Assembly: GCA_026770705.1 (NCBI GenBank)
Contig: JANJGN010000002.1
Coordinates: 49,910,001-49,974,000 of the forward strand
Source of the DNA: Isurus oxyrinchus
Lineage: Eukaryota
Reading direction: 5' to 3'
Length of the DNA stretch: 64,000 nucleotides
Every line of letters begins with the position of its first letter. The stretch's first letter is position 1. Both the position numbers and the translations under genes were made by a program. The notes below the pieces were generated by a model, which had not been told where the DNA came from, did not search any database, and saw only the letters and a program-made list of their open reading frames with translations. Shown piece after piece: positions 1-13,367 of this stretch.

Positions 1-106
1 TGGATAGGAATCCCTAATTCTGACCCAGATCAGGTAAAGGTTACCTATCTAACTTCCTACAATTTTGTGGGCCTGTCTTCCAATGGAGAATCCTTCCAAA
101 CTCATG

Positions 107-708
107 GGGTAGAATTTTCTGCTCAACGGGTGGGCATGTGCCTGACCCGAACGGGCATAAAACGACACATGATGACGTCAGGCGAGCGACCCAAAGTCAT
201 CGCGCATAGCACAATATTTCTGTCGGTGGGCGCGTGCAGGAGTTGGCAGCACACCCGCCGACAATTAAAAGGCCTATTAAGACTATTAAGAATCTAATTG
301 AATTACATTTTTCGCTGCCTGTCCAACCTTACGGTTGGTGGGTGAAAAGACTGCCTTTGCATTTTTTGCGAAACCTCATCCACAGGTAGGATGAGGTTTC
401 AATCCATCATTAAAAAACATTTTTCATGCTAATTTCTAACATGTCCCTGCTCACATGACAGGGTCACATGAGGGGATATGCTTTTTAACATCTCAAAATG
501 CTTTATTTTTAATTTTTCATATGTTCAACTCCCTGAGTCAGCTCTGTGCCTCAGGGAGCTTTTCCAGCGCGCACCCATGTGCATGCGCAAAGTTCCCCTT
601 TCGGCCTCCTCCCCCCCACACGGGCAGCGCTACAGCACATGTTTCATGCTGGGCGCATCCCCCACCCCTCACCCCGCCAAGCCGCCCAACGAGGGCAATA
701 TCCTGGAC
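107..708 (+). mobile_element. Harbinger-type multi-hairpin MITE, copy 1
   Basis: Termini GGGTAGAATTTT and (reverse complement) GTCCAGGATATT; 3-bp TSD ATG at 104-106 and 709-711; internal palindromes shared with four other copies. Confidence 0.8.
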
Positions 709-859
709 ATGGAGTGCAACAATCATCACAGGAAGCAGTGGAGAGAATCATCGTAGAAGCTACATCACCTTTTTACATCATTAACTGCAGTATTCTGATA
801 AATAGAGAATTTAAAGGTCTCAAAGCCACTTTAAGATACTACGGAGAGAAGGTAGATGT

Positions 860-1425
860 ATAAGGTAAATGGGTGAGGGGGTAGGGTGGAAAGTAAGTGG
901 GTGAGGGGGTGGGGTGGCGTGTGGGTAGCTGAGCGGGTAGGGTAGCAGTTAAGCAGGTGAATGGATAGGTTGGCAGGTGGGCGAGGGGGTAAGGTAGGCA
1001 GAGGGCTCAGGTGGGTCAAGGGGTAGACGGGTGGTCAGGGGGTAGTTGGTGAGGGGTAGTCGGGTGGGTGAGGGGGCATTCAGGTTGCAGGATAGTCTGG
1101 TTGGGGGTTTGTCGGGGGGGTCAGGGAGGTAGTCGGTCAGGGTGTAGTCAGGTGGTTGGGCAGTAGTTGGTGGGCCACTGATAGTTGGGTCAGGGGGGGC
1201 AATCAGGTTGTGGGGCTAGTTGGGTTAAGGGATTGGTCAGAGGATCAGGGAGGTAGTAAGATCAGAGTGTAGTCAGTGGGGTAGTTGGGTCAGGGGTAGT
1301 TGGGTGAGTCTGGGGCATCAAGTGGTAGTTGGGTGGTTGGGGGGTACAGTTGGAGGTTAGTTGGGTGTTGGGGGGTGGTTGGGTGGATGGGGAGTGATGT
1401 TGGGGGTCTAGTGGGGAGTAGAGAG
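860..1425 (+). repeat. G-rich degenerate low-complexity tract (GGGT/GGTAGTTGGG-like units)
   Basis: Dozens of GGG runs with imperfect repeated units such as ggtagttggg and gggtcagggg. Confidence 0.85.
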
Positions 1426-1944
1426 AACAGTAGTATAGTTACCCAGGAGTTAGAACTGCTTTTAATCCTTCTGACTTTTCCTGAGTAACTATTCTGGTAA
1501 GTAGGCTGGAATCATCTAAAGTCTCTGCCTCTAACTCAGAGTTAGAGGCATTTTCGGAGGGTTCTAGACACAGGGGAATTGCCCATCAAAAGTCCAAATT
1601 CCCTGGGCAACTCCTACATAGTCAGTGTGCCGGGACTACCAAAGGATCCCATAGCACATCTTGGGGGATACCTCTGGAGTACAACTATCCAGATATCGAA
1701 GTTCTGAGCCCACATGTTTTTGCGTTCACTTTTTATTGAATGTTCATGTTGGGACCCAGTGTTGTACTGTGGGAAATGGCTCAGCTGGCTTTCGCTTCTA
1801 TGCATTGTAAAGGATATTGTCCAAGATAACTTTCAGCAGGGATAACTGAAATGTGGTCAGTGGCGTTAAAGTCAGCCAACTTTGCCAGCCAACACCTTGA
1901 CATGAACCAATATATGGACAGTGCTGACTCTGCTCTTTCGGCTA

Positions 1945-2105
1945 CAAATAAAAACAGAAAATGCTGGAAAAACTCAGCAGGTCCAACAGCATCCATGGAG
2001 AGAGAAACAGAGTTAACTTTTTGAGTCCGTATGACTCTTCTGCAGAGCCCTGAAGCATTTTCTGTTTTTGTTTCAGATTTATGGCAGTATTCTGCTTTTA
2101 TCTGC
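1945..2105 (-). mobile_element. Penelope-like element terminal remnant with partial inverted arm and degenerate hammerhead motif
   Basis: Same motif (tgctggaaaaactcagcagg...gagagagaaacagagttaac) as 61106-61319. The minus strand reads CTGcAGA-A-GAGTC-atacg-GACTC-aAAA. Confidence 0.65.
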
Positions 2106-3162
2106 CCTTTTGGCACCTCATTTTCTTACCTTGATTGACTGTTCCCACCACCCCCCACCACACCCAGCACACCAGGCCCTTCACTCTTCTACTCCTTCAT
2201 GCCCACCCTTGCCAGTCCTGAGCCTCCATGCAAGCTGCCATTCTTCTGCTCCCCAACCTTATGCCGCAGAGTTCAATAAGGAAAACCGCTGACCTCAGGG
2301 ACAACTGCACAAAGCCAACTGTTGCGTGTTACCTTTAAACGAGTGTCAGCCGGGTGCCATGAGATTCTTGTGTGCTGCTGACTTTATCTTGAAGGCAGTA
2401 TGTAATTTTAACAAGTCTTACACTAATGAGTTTTCATAGCATGCAAATGTATTATAAGTGGGAACCCGCCACATGATGGCGTAAGGCCTGTCACGCCACA
2501 AACACACTGCTGACTAAATCATTGCATCTCAATGCGCCCTGGGGAAATCAAAATTTCACATCCTACCCAATTCAGTCATCCTACGTGGCACATTTCCCGC
2601 TCTCTCAGTCTCCATAAAATCCTCCCCCAATTGTTTCTGTTGATTTTATTATAACTCTTTTGGAGCACCTTCTTTGTCTATGTAACTCAGTATATAAGAT
2701 AGCTTTGGCCAATGTTCACAAGTTTTGCATCCTGCTCTAAATATTGCCTTGGTTATAAAAGGGAAGAGGGAGAACAATGACAGACTAGCCAGGCAAACAT
2801 TGGTGATGCGGCCCTGACCACTATGCCAGTCTGAACGCACTCCCCCCACACCACAGCCACCCCCACCCCTTCCCCCATCACCCCTGACCATTTCCAGTGA
2901 AGCCTGGCTGTGACATTCTGGAGGTCTGCACAGCTCATCCATTTGGTATGCCAGCCTCTAGTCTTATGCTATGTCCATATGGATCAGCAAAGTGGGAACT
3001 GCCAGCTTAGAGTAGCAAGCCCTCTCAGATGGCCAGTTTTGAAGCAGAGTGCAATTTCCACCAACTGTTGGAATTCAGAGTTACAGGGAAGCTCTGGTGA
3101 AATGACCAGTATCATAGAATAATAAGAATTTTGTTATAATTTCTTTGTTGTCCTTATATATG

Positions 3163-4080
3163 TTTATTCATTTTTGGAATGTGGGCTTTGCTGGGCTAGG
3201 CCAGCATTTATTGCCCTTCCCTTGAGAAGGTGGTGGTGAGCTGCCTCATAGGTACATCCACAGTGCTGTTAGGGAGCTTCAGAATTTTGACCCAGCAACA
3301 GTGAAGGAATGGCAATGTATTTCGAAGTCAGGATGGTGAGTGACTTGGAGGGGAACTTCCAGGTGGTGGTGTTCCCATCTATCTGTTGTCCTTGTCCTTC
3401 TAGATGATAGTGGTCGATAGTGAGTTTGTAAGGTGCAGTCAAAGGAGCCTTGGTGAATCCCGCAGTGCATCTTGTAGATGGTACACTCTACTGCTACTGT
3501 GCATCGGGGGTGGAGGGAGTGAATGTTTGTGGATTGGGTGTCAATCAAGCCTGGACAGTGTCAAGCTTCTTGAGCGTTGTAGTAACTGCACTCATCCAGG
3601 TAAGTGGGGAGTATTTCATCACACTCCTGACTTGTGCTTTGTAGATGGCAGACAGGCTTTGGTGAGTCAGGAGATGAGTTACTTGTCACACGATCCCTAG
3701 CCTCTGACTTGCTCTTGTAGCCACAGTATTTATATGGCTAGTCCAGTTCAGTTTCTGGTCAATGGTAACCCCCAGGATTTTGGTATGGAGGATTCAGTGA
3801 TGGTAATGCCATTGAACATCAAGGGATGATGGTTGGATTCTCTCTTGTTGGAGATGGTCATTGCCTGATATTTTTGTGCCGCAAATGTTACTTGCCACTT
3901 CTCAGACCAAGCCTGGATATTGTCTAGACCTTGCTGCATTTGGACATGGACTGCTTCAGTATTTGAGGAGTTGCGAATGTGGCTGAACATTATGCAATCA
4001 TCAGTGAACATCCCCACTTCTGACCTTATGATGGAAGGAAGGTCATTGATGAAGCAGCTGAAGGTGGTTGGGCTGAGGCC
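3163..4080 (-). mobile_element. HER1-type (CR1-clade) LINE 3' fragment
   Basis: Minus ORF 3748-4017 (MFTDDCIMF...MQQGLDNIQAWSEKWQVTF) is the RT C-terminus; 3' tail GGGCAATAAATGCTGG is shared with HE1 SINEs. Confidence 0.85.
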
Positions 4081-6989
4081 ATTATTGAAGCCAGTTACAC
4101 GGTTCTGTCACAATGGTAGTGGGATTGCTGCTCTTTGGGCACCAACATTTTGGCCTTGCATTTGTTAGCTGGTTTCCACAGAGAAATTAATGACATTCCT
4201 GATTGGACAAAACAGTGCATCTATCACTTTTTTAATGCCATTGTACAGTTTGTGAGATTTGACAGATATTTCATGTGATTTCTCAGAAAAAAACATTGGC
4301 AAAAATTCAAGATAGCAGTCAGCTTCACAGTCTTGACAGAGCCTTCCCTGTCCTCAAAGTGGTTTCAAGGTATGACTTCAGAGATTGTTACAGCCTCCCT
4401 CGTGAATCATACAGTCTCTAAATGTTGATCTGCTCAGGCCTGTCCAGATATGATTTCCTTGACCTATAGACAGTGTAAGGGTGGCTCCATCTTGAGTACC
4501 TATGATGTAAAACACATTTGCTCTGCATGCTTCTCTGATCCCCCTCTTCTTTCTGCAGAACCTCTAAATAGAACGGTATCCCTGCTGTGATATTCTTACT
4601 TCAGTTTTTCTGGGTTTTACCTTGGCTGACTGTTTCAACCACCCCTGATCATGTTCAATGAAATATGAGTGGGATCAGGTGAAAAAACAACTTATTACAT
4701 TGTGCCTTTGTTTCTAAGGACTAGGTTTGAATTTAGTCTAGGACCATTGGGATAAAAGCTTCCTTTTTCTATGTCACTAAGAGTTCCAAGTAAAATAGGT
4801 TTACGTAATCTTAACAAGCTCTGAGTGAAAACAAATTCACAGAACAACACTGAGGCATATTCCTGAACTAGAACAGAAGGAATATTACTTTCCTCGAACC
4901 TACACTAAGGCTGACCTTGGAATATTTCATGCTGTTGCAGAGAACAAAAAAATTATAAAAAGAGTTCTTTTCTCAAAACTTGCATCCCCATCTGTGACAG
5001 AAATGGCTCCAAAATTAAAAATACTGAAATAATTCACCTAAATTAGTGATGTTCTTAGCTTTGATGACAGAAGTCTTTAACCAATATTTTCTGTCAAAAT
5101 GTTCTTTCTTTTCCTTTTAGTATCTTTCTATAATTGTGTATCTTACAGCATTGAAGTACCCTTTGTGTGACCTCTTTGGTAGTTTAAGCTGCAACAACTC
5201 ATTGGCTAAATAGGTTTTGGTTCATGCATCCTTTCAGTTAATGAACTGAAAATATAGTAATACAGATTAACACATAAAATTGTATCAAAAAGGCATATGC
5301 CATATGGCTGAATATGTGTGTTTAGGGGGAGTTAAATTAGCACTGGGAGATATAACATACTCTATAAAGAAAATCACTTACCTTACCTTTTTCACAATCC
5401 ATAACAAAATGATTAATAAATGAGCCGATATAAATGTGAGCAAACTGGGAGCTTTAAATAATTGCATCCCAGTCCATTTTATGTTAATGCACATTCAACT
5501 ATAATAGTATCATTTTCTGTGTTTAAAAGTATCGTCAGCATAATTCAGGTTTCGGTAGGCTAATTTAAATTGAAGAAAAGTTATTGAGCACTGCAAATGT
5601 ATGATTTTTAAGCATGTTAAGGGATATATTTTTCTCTGAAAAAATTTAAACACATTTTCCCACTAAACTTGAAAGCTTTATGTTAACAGTTTAGTAAAAT
5701 AATTGTCCTTTAACTTTATATGAGCAAAATAGGCCTCTAAGTGAAGGTAAAATCTTTAGGACACACAATCGTGGTTTATATGAAATAATCTGTACACAGT
5801 GTAGTGGAATAGTTACAATTCTTTTATCAGTCAATCTTTTATAAATTGCAGATTGATCAAAAAATGAAGCCACAGCTCTGCATAGGCTGAACTGTGGAGT
5901 AGTAGGTTTAAGGCACCTTTGTATATTTATGAGCAAGAAACCTTTGGACAAATGGTCTTGATGTATGTTGGTGTAGACAGCAGAAAGGAATATTGTAAAA
6001 TGTTCAAGTGCAGAAGAAAGGCATATATAAGCATATGAATTTTAAATATACAGGATGGGCTTCAGTTCTTCAAGTGTTTTCCAGTTTTAGTGAAGTCTGG
6101 TCAAACCTGCTCATGTTACATCAAAGAATTGTATAAAAAGCTAAAAGGGAATGAAGGAACATAAAAGGGCATAGTTTAAACTGATTAGTGACAGTATTGA
6201 TATACCTGAGATAGAAAGAAAACATTTCACAGCATCCTTTCTTTTAATATTAACAGGAAGCTTTCTACACTGCAGTATTTTAAACTGTTATCTTTCACTT
6301 TTCATTCCTTGTGAGTATTTTCACTTTGTGTATAAAGCTGCAGTATCCCACAGTTTTCACAGTTTTTATTTTACTGAAGCCTTAGGAGAAGTTAATAATA
6401 TCTGCTTACTTTAAAAAAAAAAGATGCTCTTAAGTTTTCCAATTGAAGTAGATTTTAGGAGCATGCAATATGCTTTTGAAGGATCTCCTCTTTAAACCTT
6501 TTGGTTTCTGACAATCGTAAGGTAGGATCAAATTCAGAATCAGCGTGTGCGTACGGAAAAAAACTCTGATCTCTGTCTTATCTTATTATGAATATATTTA
6601 GAATGAATGGAGTTAAGGAAATATTTTTAACAGGTGTTTATATCTTACCTAATATTCCATTGGTTGGGACACCCTGTGGACATGTTGGGGAGTGACGAAT
6701 ATATTTTTTTCTTATCCAGATATGATAAAAAAAATCACAGGGAAGGGAAGGGAATCAAAGGTTCAGACAAATACGGTGAACGTCAGATCATGAGTCTTCA
6801 GTGAGTTGTAATATTTATCCTAGATCCAGTGACCAATCTGCTAGTTTAGCAGCCATTTTGTTTCCTGATACAGTGCATTATTGGTAACCCTACAACAGCA
6901 ATTTTTGGAGGGAACTGAAATTTTTTTTGCATGATTTCAAAGATCTCTGGCTTGATTAAGTATAATCCTCAAGCAAGGTGTACCAATAA

Positions 6990-7720
6990 ATGTTTCCTCT
7001 TATGTGTGAATCCAGAACTAGGGGGCACTGTTTTAAAATTAGGGTCACCCTAATAGAACAGAGATGAGGAGAATTTTTTTCTCTCAGACGGTTATGTGAC
7101 TATGGAACTCTGCCTCAGAAGGCAGTGGAAGTGGGGTGACTGAATATTTTTAAGGCAGAGGTAGATAGACTCTTGTTAGGCAAGGGAATTAAAGGTCACC
7201 GGGGGGTAGATGGGAATGTGTCTTACACTCCATTATGAGTTTTATGTGGAGCTGGTGTACTTGGTCACCACCTTTGCCCCTTTCGACATGGCGTGCTTGG
7301 CCAGTTCGCTGGGCAGCTGCAGGCGCAAGGCAGTCTGGATCTCCCAAGAGTTGATGGTGCTGCGCTTGTTGTAATGGGGCAGGCGGAAAGCCTAACACGT
7401 GATGCACTCGAAAATATCGTTCACGAACGAGTTCATGATGCTTGTGGCCTTGGCGGAGATGCTGGTTTCGGGGTGAACCGGCTTCATCACTTTGTAGATG
7501 TAGATGGAGTAACTCTCCTCCCTCAACCTTCGCCGCTTCTTGCCACCCTTTGCTGCCGGTTTCTTTAAGATTTTCTTGGCTCCCTTTCTTCTCATCAGCC
7601 ATCTTCTTGTGGAACTCGAAACACATACAGATCAGCCATGCTGATTATTAACTGGTGGAGCTGGCTTGAGAGGCCGAATGGCCTACTTCTGCTCCTATTT
7701 CACACGCTCGCATGTTAACT
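6990..7720 (+). mobile_element. CR1 LINE 3' end, interrupted by an H2B insert at 7221-7607
   Basis: Collinear with the CR1 tails at 59320-59645 and 39335-39665 on both sides of the insert. Confidence 0.85.
7242..7602 (-). pseudogene. H2B: Histone H2B pseudogene (retrocopy-like)
   Basis: [118 protein letters not shown]; 5' frameshift and an internal stop. Confidence 0.95.
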
Positions 7721-8329
7721 TAGCAAATGGTTTGCAAGTAGCCAAGGTTTAAAGTGAATTTATTAATACTGATGAATTTGTGTACTTTATCTTTTTCTCA
7801 TTTCCACTTCTGTGTCTTTTTCCCCTTCTCTCATGGCTTCTTCCTCCTATTTCCATAACTTTCACTGTGGCAACACCACCTCCCCCCCAACCAAACCTCC
7901 CCCCACCAAACCTCCCCATCGCTATTGCCTTCCTGACTACCCCCATTGACCCAAGCTATATGATTGGGAAGGCAGTGTTCTTTCATGATGTCCTCTTCTT
8001 CCAGTTGCAGCCTGAGCAATGGTCAGCACTCCCAGTGGCGTTGCTGAGATTGCTAACTGCTAGCCTTCTGATTGGCTAGCAGCTCCTGAGAGTGGGCAGC
8101 CACAACTAATTAATTGCCTGACCCCCATAAAATGCAGGCGGGGGTCTTGCCAATGGCTGAGGTGGTGTTGTCTCTGGATTTCTGGCCCATCATTGGGACA
8201 CTGTATGTGAACATAAAATACAGCCCCAAATCTGCAACAAGTATGGGGTTTGTAGTTTCAGTGTCTGTGGATAGAGAGCATGACCAGGAATTGGAGCAGA
8301 GGCTGCAGTGAGGGGAAGATCTGTAAAGA

Positions 8330-8580
8330 GGGAGGAGGAGGAAGGCTCTCCACTGAAGACCTTACCCAACATGTGTTTTCAGAGAACACTTCTCACATCT
8401 CCAACTGAGTCAGATTCAATAAGGAAGTGGTCACAGAACTATTCTACTTATTTCAAGAGGATCTGCAGCGTTACCAGGGCTGCATTGATGCTGGGCTTTC
8501 CCCTTCTCCCGATCTCCATGACTAAGACCTCCAGTGCCGCATCTGTGAACCTGGGAGTCCTCTCTCTGCCCTGATGCTTC
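8330..8580 (-). pseudogene. Ancient Harbinger Myb/SANT gene remnant
   Basis: Minus frame reads GRERTPRFTDAALEVLVMEIGRRG, homologous to the Myb N-termini of the Harbingers in this window and to 39665-39890. Confidence 0.6.
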
Positions 8581-8964
8581 ATTTCCTTTGATTCTAATTG
8601 TACTGGCAGTCAGTAATAGCATTCTTATAATATGAGTGCAGCTCCACTTTGTTTAAGAGGGACAACTGTGTTTAAGAGTTAGAGGCTAACTGGAACACAA
8701 GCTACCCTTGCATTCTGCTGGGCTTTCTGTTCAGCATTCAGCCAGCTAGTAGGTGGTCCTGATTAACTGAACACTACAATCATTCAACTGAGAAGGCAGC
8801 ATGAACTTTGTGTGCTGCCTGCCTCAATGGGACTGGGCACAGGCAGATCTGGATTCATGAATCCTGTGACTAAAAACAGGAGGAAACTCATTTTTAGCCC
8901 ATAAATTGTTTAAAATTTGCAAAGAATCATAAGTGCACTCCAGTCATTAAAGTAATTTAAAAAA

Positions 8965-9135
8965 AACATTCTTGGGATTAGTGTGTCACTAGCAAGGCCA
9001 GCATTTTTTGCCCTTCCCAGGTTGCTCTTGAGAAGGCAGAAGTGAGAATTTTTGTTGAAATGCTGCTGTCCATGTTGTGAAGTGTATCCACAGTGTTATC
9101 ATGGAGGGAGTTCCAGGACTTTTACCCAGATACAA
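8965..9135 (-). mobile_element. HER1 LINE 3' tail fragment
   Basis: Aligns by eye with 3170-3300. Confidence 0.7.
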
Positions 9136-10232
9136 TGGTTGGGAAATTGGGCTCATTAACATTTTTTAGCAGCACTACAAGCATCCTTGGAGCTCCATAG
9201 CGGCTTTCTTATGGGCACTATCATGCCAGACACGATATTCGTGCATTAATTTGGCCTAAACCACTTGTGTGAGTTTATCTGGCATTGACTGCCAGGCTAT
9301 CTGATTCCACCGCCTTCACATGTTTGTCTGGACAGCCTCCTGGCCCAGTGGGGACAGATCACATCTCTCCTCTTCCCAACTTTCTGCCCCAAGGCCTCCA
9401 GTGCAACATTGGAAAATCTTCGAGCCTGCTCTCTTGTCAAGTTATGCCATTATTGAGTGTTCCCCACATCAAAATCACTTTTAGAACAACTTCCAGCACC
9501 ATTCCAGCTACAATGCACTGCCCATTTAAGATATACAAACTGACTTTAGGTAATGCAGGTTAGCTCATGCTAGCCTCTCATGATTTTGAACCCTACATTC
9601 AGGCATGCTGTCTTTCAACAGTATGTTTAATGCTGCCTGCACACTAAAATCATTTTAATTAACAAGAAGCACAAAGTCTGTGTCCTGCTTGCATCGGAAG
9701 CAACAGATGTGGGCAATCCCACATGATGCACCTGTTTTCTGGCCCAGTCAGATTTCGCGGTCAGAGGGAATATCAAAACCTAAATAGTTTGCAAGCCAAT
9801 ATTAAGTGATTTCCAGCCCTTTAGTTAATCTGTTGAATAAGTTTATTCCATTTAGGTTTACTGTTTATCATGGATCTTGGTTTGAGTTTTATTCCTTGCC
9901 TGCCACTTGCCAATGAAAATCCTCTATATATGAACATTTTCTGGAAAAAGAGAAAGAAGAGGAGCAGCAGGAGGGAGTGAGGGAAGCTAGAATGATTCGA
10001 CATCACCAGAGGAGAGCCGAACCATTCTGGCTACCCAAAAGGATGTATAGACCCTGGTACAATTTTCAAGACCTGTTCCCAGCTTTCCTCTTTCATGAGA
10101 CAGCACTTTAGTTACGAAAATGTGTTCATTGCTAGAGCCATATTGGTAACTAAGATCCAGAATGCACACAGTTCTGACTGCAGCAAAGGAAGTGACCATA
10201 GCTTTAAACAGAAAGCTATAGTACAAGGGTAT

Positions 10233-11063
10233 CACCCCTCCCTCAGGAGCCGGAACCCCACAACCTGAACTGCCTTATGGAAGTGCCCTCTGTGCCCTTT
10301 AGCTCAGCGTGGAGGGTTTCTTGTATGGGCTGCTGCTGCACACCTTTCACCTCCTTACCCTCGCTCACCATCTGGACATGCCCTGGTGTGCCCTGTTGCC
10401 GTCCGGCAGTAGAGGTCACCAGTGGAGAGCTCTCTATGCAGGAGTCCACCCACTTACCATTGGGGACCTGGGGTGGAGGATGCTGCATGTGGCAGTCCCA
10501 TACAACCGTAGGATGTATCGATGTAGGATGTGTCGGTGCACGGACTCCCAAGATGCCTGCATGTTTTGTTTGCCTTGGGTCCATGGACCATGCATATGTA
10601 AGTTGTTCTAGGCTGCACCCCATTTTTAGTTTCTTAAAAAACCTTTTACTTGAGTTTTTTTGTACTTGAGTCCCACGCTCCTGATCCTCGGGTATCCGGT
10701 GTGGAGAGGGATGGGGAAGGAGAAGGCTCCTGGGCCTGGCCAAGTTAACCCTCAACAGGTCCAGGCAGTGGCCGATCGAAGGGGTTGACTGACCTGACTG
10801 TCTGCCCCCTTCTGCGATTACTTTTGCAGCCAGGTGTCCCTGGAGAGGAAGCACGCGGTGTCTGCCAGCACAATTGAGGCCTTCTGTGCCTGGTGGGTGC
10901 CACGGGGACTGGGGTGCTTTATTGACCTCATTAATCATGTTTAAATTTGAGATTTGTAAGTTTCCTTTAAGATTTTGTCTTTTTTTTTCAGTATCCCTTT
11001 AAGGGGTCACCTTTTAATTTGTTGCTTGATTTGTTAATTTAGTTTAATTGGTTGCTCAAAAGA
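10233..11063 (+). mobile_element. Tx1/L1-clade LINE 3' fragment (ORF2 C-terminal zinc-binding region)
   Basis: WRALYAGVHPLTIGDLGWRMLHVAV...CMFC...SMDHAYVSCSRLHPIFSFLKNLLL...LLGLAKLTLNRSR across frameshifts, then a T-rich 3' UTR. Confidence 0.8.
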
Positions 11064-11320
11064 ATATATACAGGGTTAAGGTGGGACTGAGTGCAGTACT
11101 GCCCACAAATTGTGTAAGAGAACACATGACCTGCATCCAGGGTCAGTTGAGTGTTGGACAGGGCTGTGTATATCAGCAAGCATGGAGACAACTCCGAACT
11201 TGTAACTTTTACTGCATATTCGTAAATACTTCTAAGATTCAATAAAGACTTACAGTTCACCTACGTCTGACTGTGAAGACTTCTTCAGACCTACTGAACT
11301 GCAACCAACACCCTAAAACA
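11064..11320 (+). mobile_element. LTR-like segment (probably a Gypsy LTR whose 5' end is split by the Tx1 insertion)
   Basis: AATAAA near 11241; ends in ctaaaaCA followed by tgttggca, resembling the LTR/PBS junction taaaaCA-TGGTGGAAGC at 52560. Confidence 0.45.
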
Positions 11321-11650
11321 TGTTGGCAAATTGTGGAAAATCTTTGCAAAAAAATGCAGAGAAAATCTAAAATGCTGGAAGACTGAAAGAAAATTTAACA
11401 AAGCATTCTGAGCTGAAAAGAAGCTCCAGGAGCAGAGGTGCAAAGGAAAATCACCAGGAAAGAGCTCCAAAGAAAGGCTTGGTAGCTGAAGGCAGGAATT
11501 CAAAATTCCTTACTGTAGCAGAATACTCCGTTGAATCCCCTTTGGAAGTCCAGTTTCAAAATGCAGAGTCAGCAGTCGATGCAGGGGTGAGTTAAATTTT
11601 TTAAAACTCCAGGCTACATCAAGTCCTGAGAAATCTTTAAATAACTCACA

Positions 11651-12560
11651 GGCCTGGATTTTCCATGCCCGCTGGTGTCAGGTGTGTTCGGTGGCGTGAG
11701 TGGAAATATGACACGATTGGTTTCACGATGGTGTGAAACCAGTTTGTGATTGTGGGCCCACCAATGGCGGGCCACGTTTCCTGCCATTGGGCGTTGGGAA
11801 CCTCATTGTAATACATCTGCATATCATTATTAGGCCGCCCCACTGGAATCATTCATCCACATTGGCAGGAAAGCACACCAAAGTGCTTCACAACAGCATA
11901 TAAAAGGCATGCACTTGGCAGGCTGCACTCTGAGGAGAACTCGGAAGTGATTACACAGCATCGATGTGCAGTGCTCACCAGGGTTTCCCATTGGAATTGA
12001 AGCTTGAGGCACGTTGTGGGACCTGGGGTGGATGGTCAAATGCAGCTCTGCTGTTGAGGCGACTTGTGCGGGGGAGGGGGCAGGGTGGCGGTGGCAGGGG
12101 GATGTTGCAAGGGCTGCCTTGCAGTTGAGATGACATGTGGGGAGGGGGGGCAAGGGCTACCTCGTGGTTTAATTTAGTGAACAAGCATTCAGGGTGGGGG
12201 GTAGGGTGGGTGAGGGAAGTGATCATGCATTAGGGACATCTTATATAAAGTGACCATTCCTCTGCAGCTGAGACAGTTCAACCACAGCCATTGATATGAT
12301 TGGAGTCAGGCTTCTAGCTTATCTGCCTACTCAAGCAACGCAGAGGCGTTAAAGTGCCACCAAGTGCACCAGAGCTTTGCACCCCTCAAACACAGTCTGC
12401 AAAGTCATGAGCATTTTAGTGGACTGCAGAACAGCTGTACAACTGCACACATTGTACAATCTTCTTCCTAAAGCTGCCCATGGAGCAGTCAGTGGTGGAG
12501 GCGCTCGCAGCCCCTTGCAATGTCAACATCCTGGTTTGGACTGGTCTCCCTGTTATGACA
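11651..12560 (-). mobile_element. Harbinger terminal fragment (transposase-proximal end, same family as 43321-49183)
   Basis: TIR GGCCTGGATTTTCC; the sequence is the reverse-complement homologue of about 48300-49183. Confidence 0.8.
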
Positions 12561-12662
12561 TGGCAGATGATGTGTGCCAGGCGGATCAAATCCGTGAGGG
12601 AAACTTGATCATGCTATCACAATAGTTTTGCAATTTGTATTTATCTCGAGATCCATGCCCCA

Positions 12663-13367
12663 GGGGTGAATTTTCTCCCTGTCCGGTGGAGAGGTGCTGA
12701 GTGGGAGAGGGAGCGGGCACGCAGCCGATCGTCACCAGCGATTGGCTGCGCACCACTGTTTTACTTGGGTGGGCCAATTAAGGCTCACCCATCGTGATGC
12801 GCACCTGGAAGCACTGAGCTCTCCCTGTGTGGGCAGGGTGAGTAGGCTGAGTTGGGACCTGTGCTCTTTCACGCACGCGTGCTAAAGAGCGCAGAAATCT
12901 CCTTGAGACATGAAGCTGCCTCTGGGAGTTTAATTACATTTTTAAAAATTTAAATAAAGAGAAAAAAAAATTCAGACATGTCCCCTCATGTGACAGTGTC
13001 ACATAAGCTGGGACATGTCAATGGATTTTAATAAAGAAATTTATTTGAATGATAAATCCTTCATGAAACTTCATCCCACCTGCGGATGTGGTTTAATGAT
13101 AAATGCAAAGGCGGCCTGGGCTCTTGGCCTGCCCACCAACCTTAAGGTTGGATGGCAGCTCCCTTAATTATTTTAATTAGTTTTAAATGGCCTTAATAGG
13201 CCTTTGACAGTTGGGTGGGCATGCAGCTGACTCCATTGTGTGCCCGCTGAACTGAAGATCTGAATGGTGCGCAGTGACATCGGGTCACATGCCCAATATC
13301 ACTGGGCATCATTTTATGCATCGGCGAGTGGGGTCCGCCCCCACATGCCAACCCGAATATTCTGGCC
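12663..13367 (-). mobile_element. Harbinger-type multi-hairpin MITE, copy 2
   Basis: Termini GGGGTGAATTTT and (reverse complement) GGCCAGAATATT; collinear with 61602-62298. Confidence 0.85.

Noticed and set aside
10243-10938. 231-aa minus-strand ORF
   Set aside because: Antisense shadow of the Tx1 ORF2 fragment.
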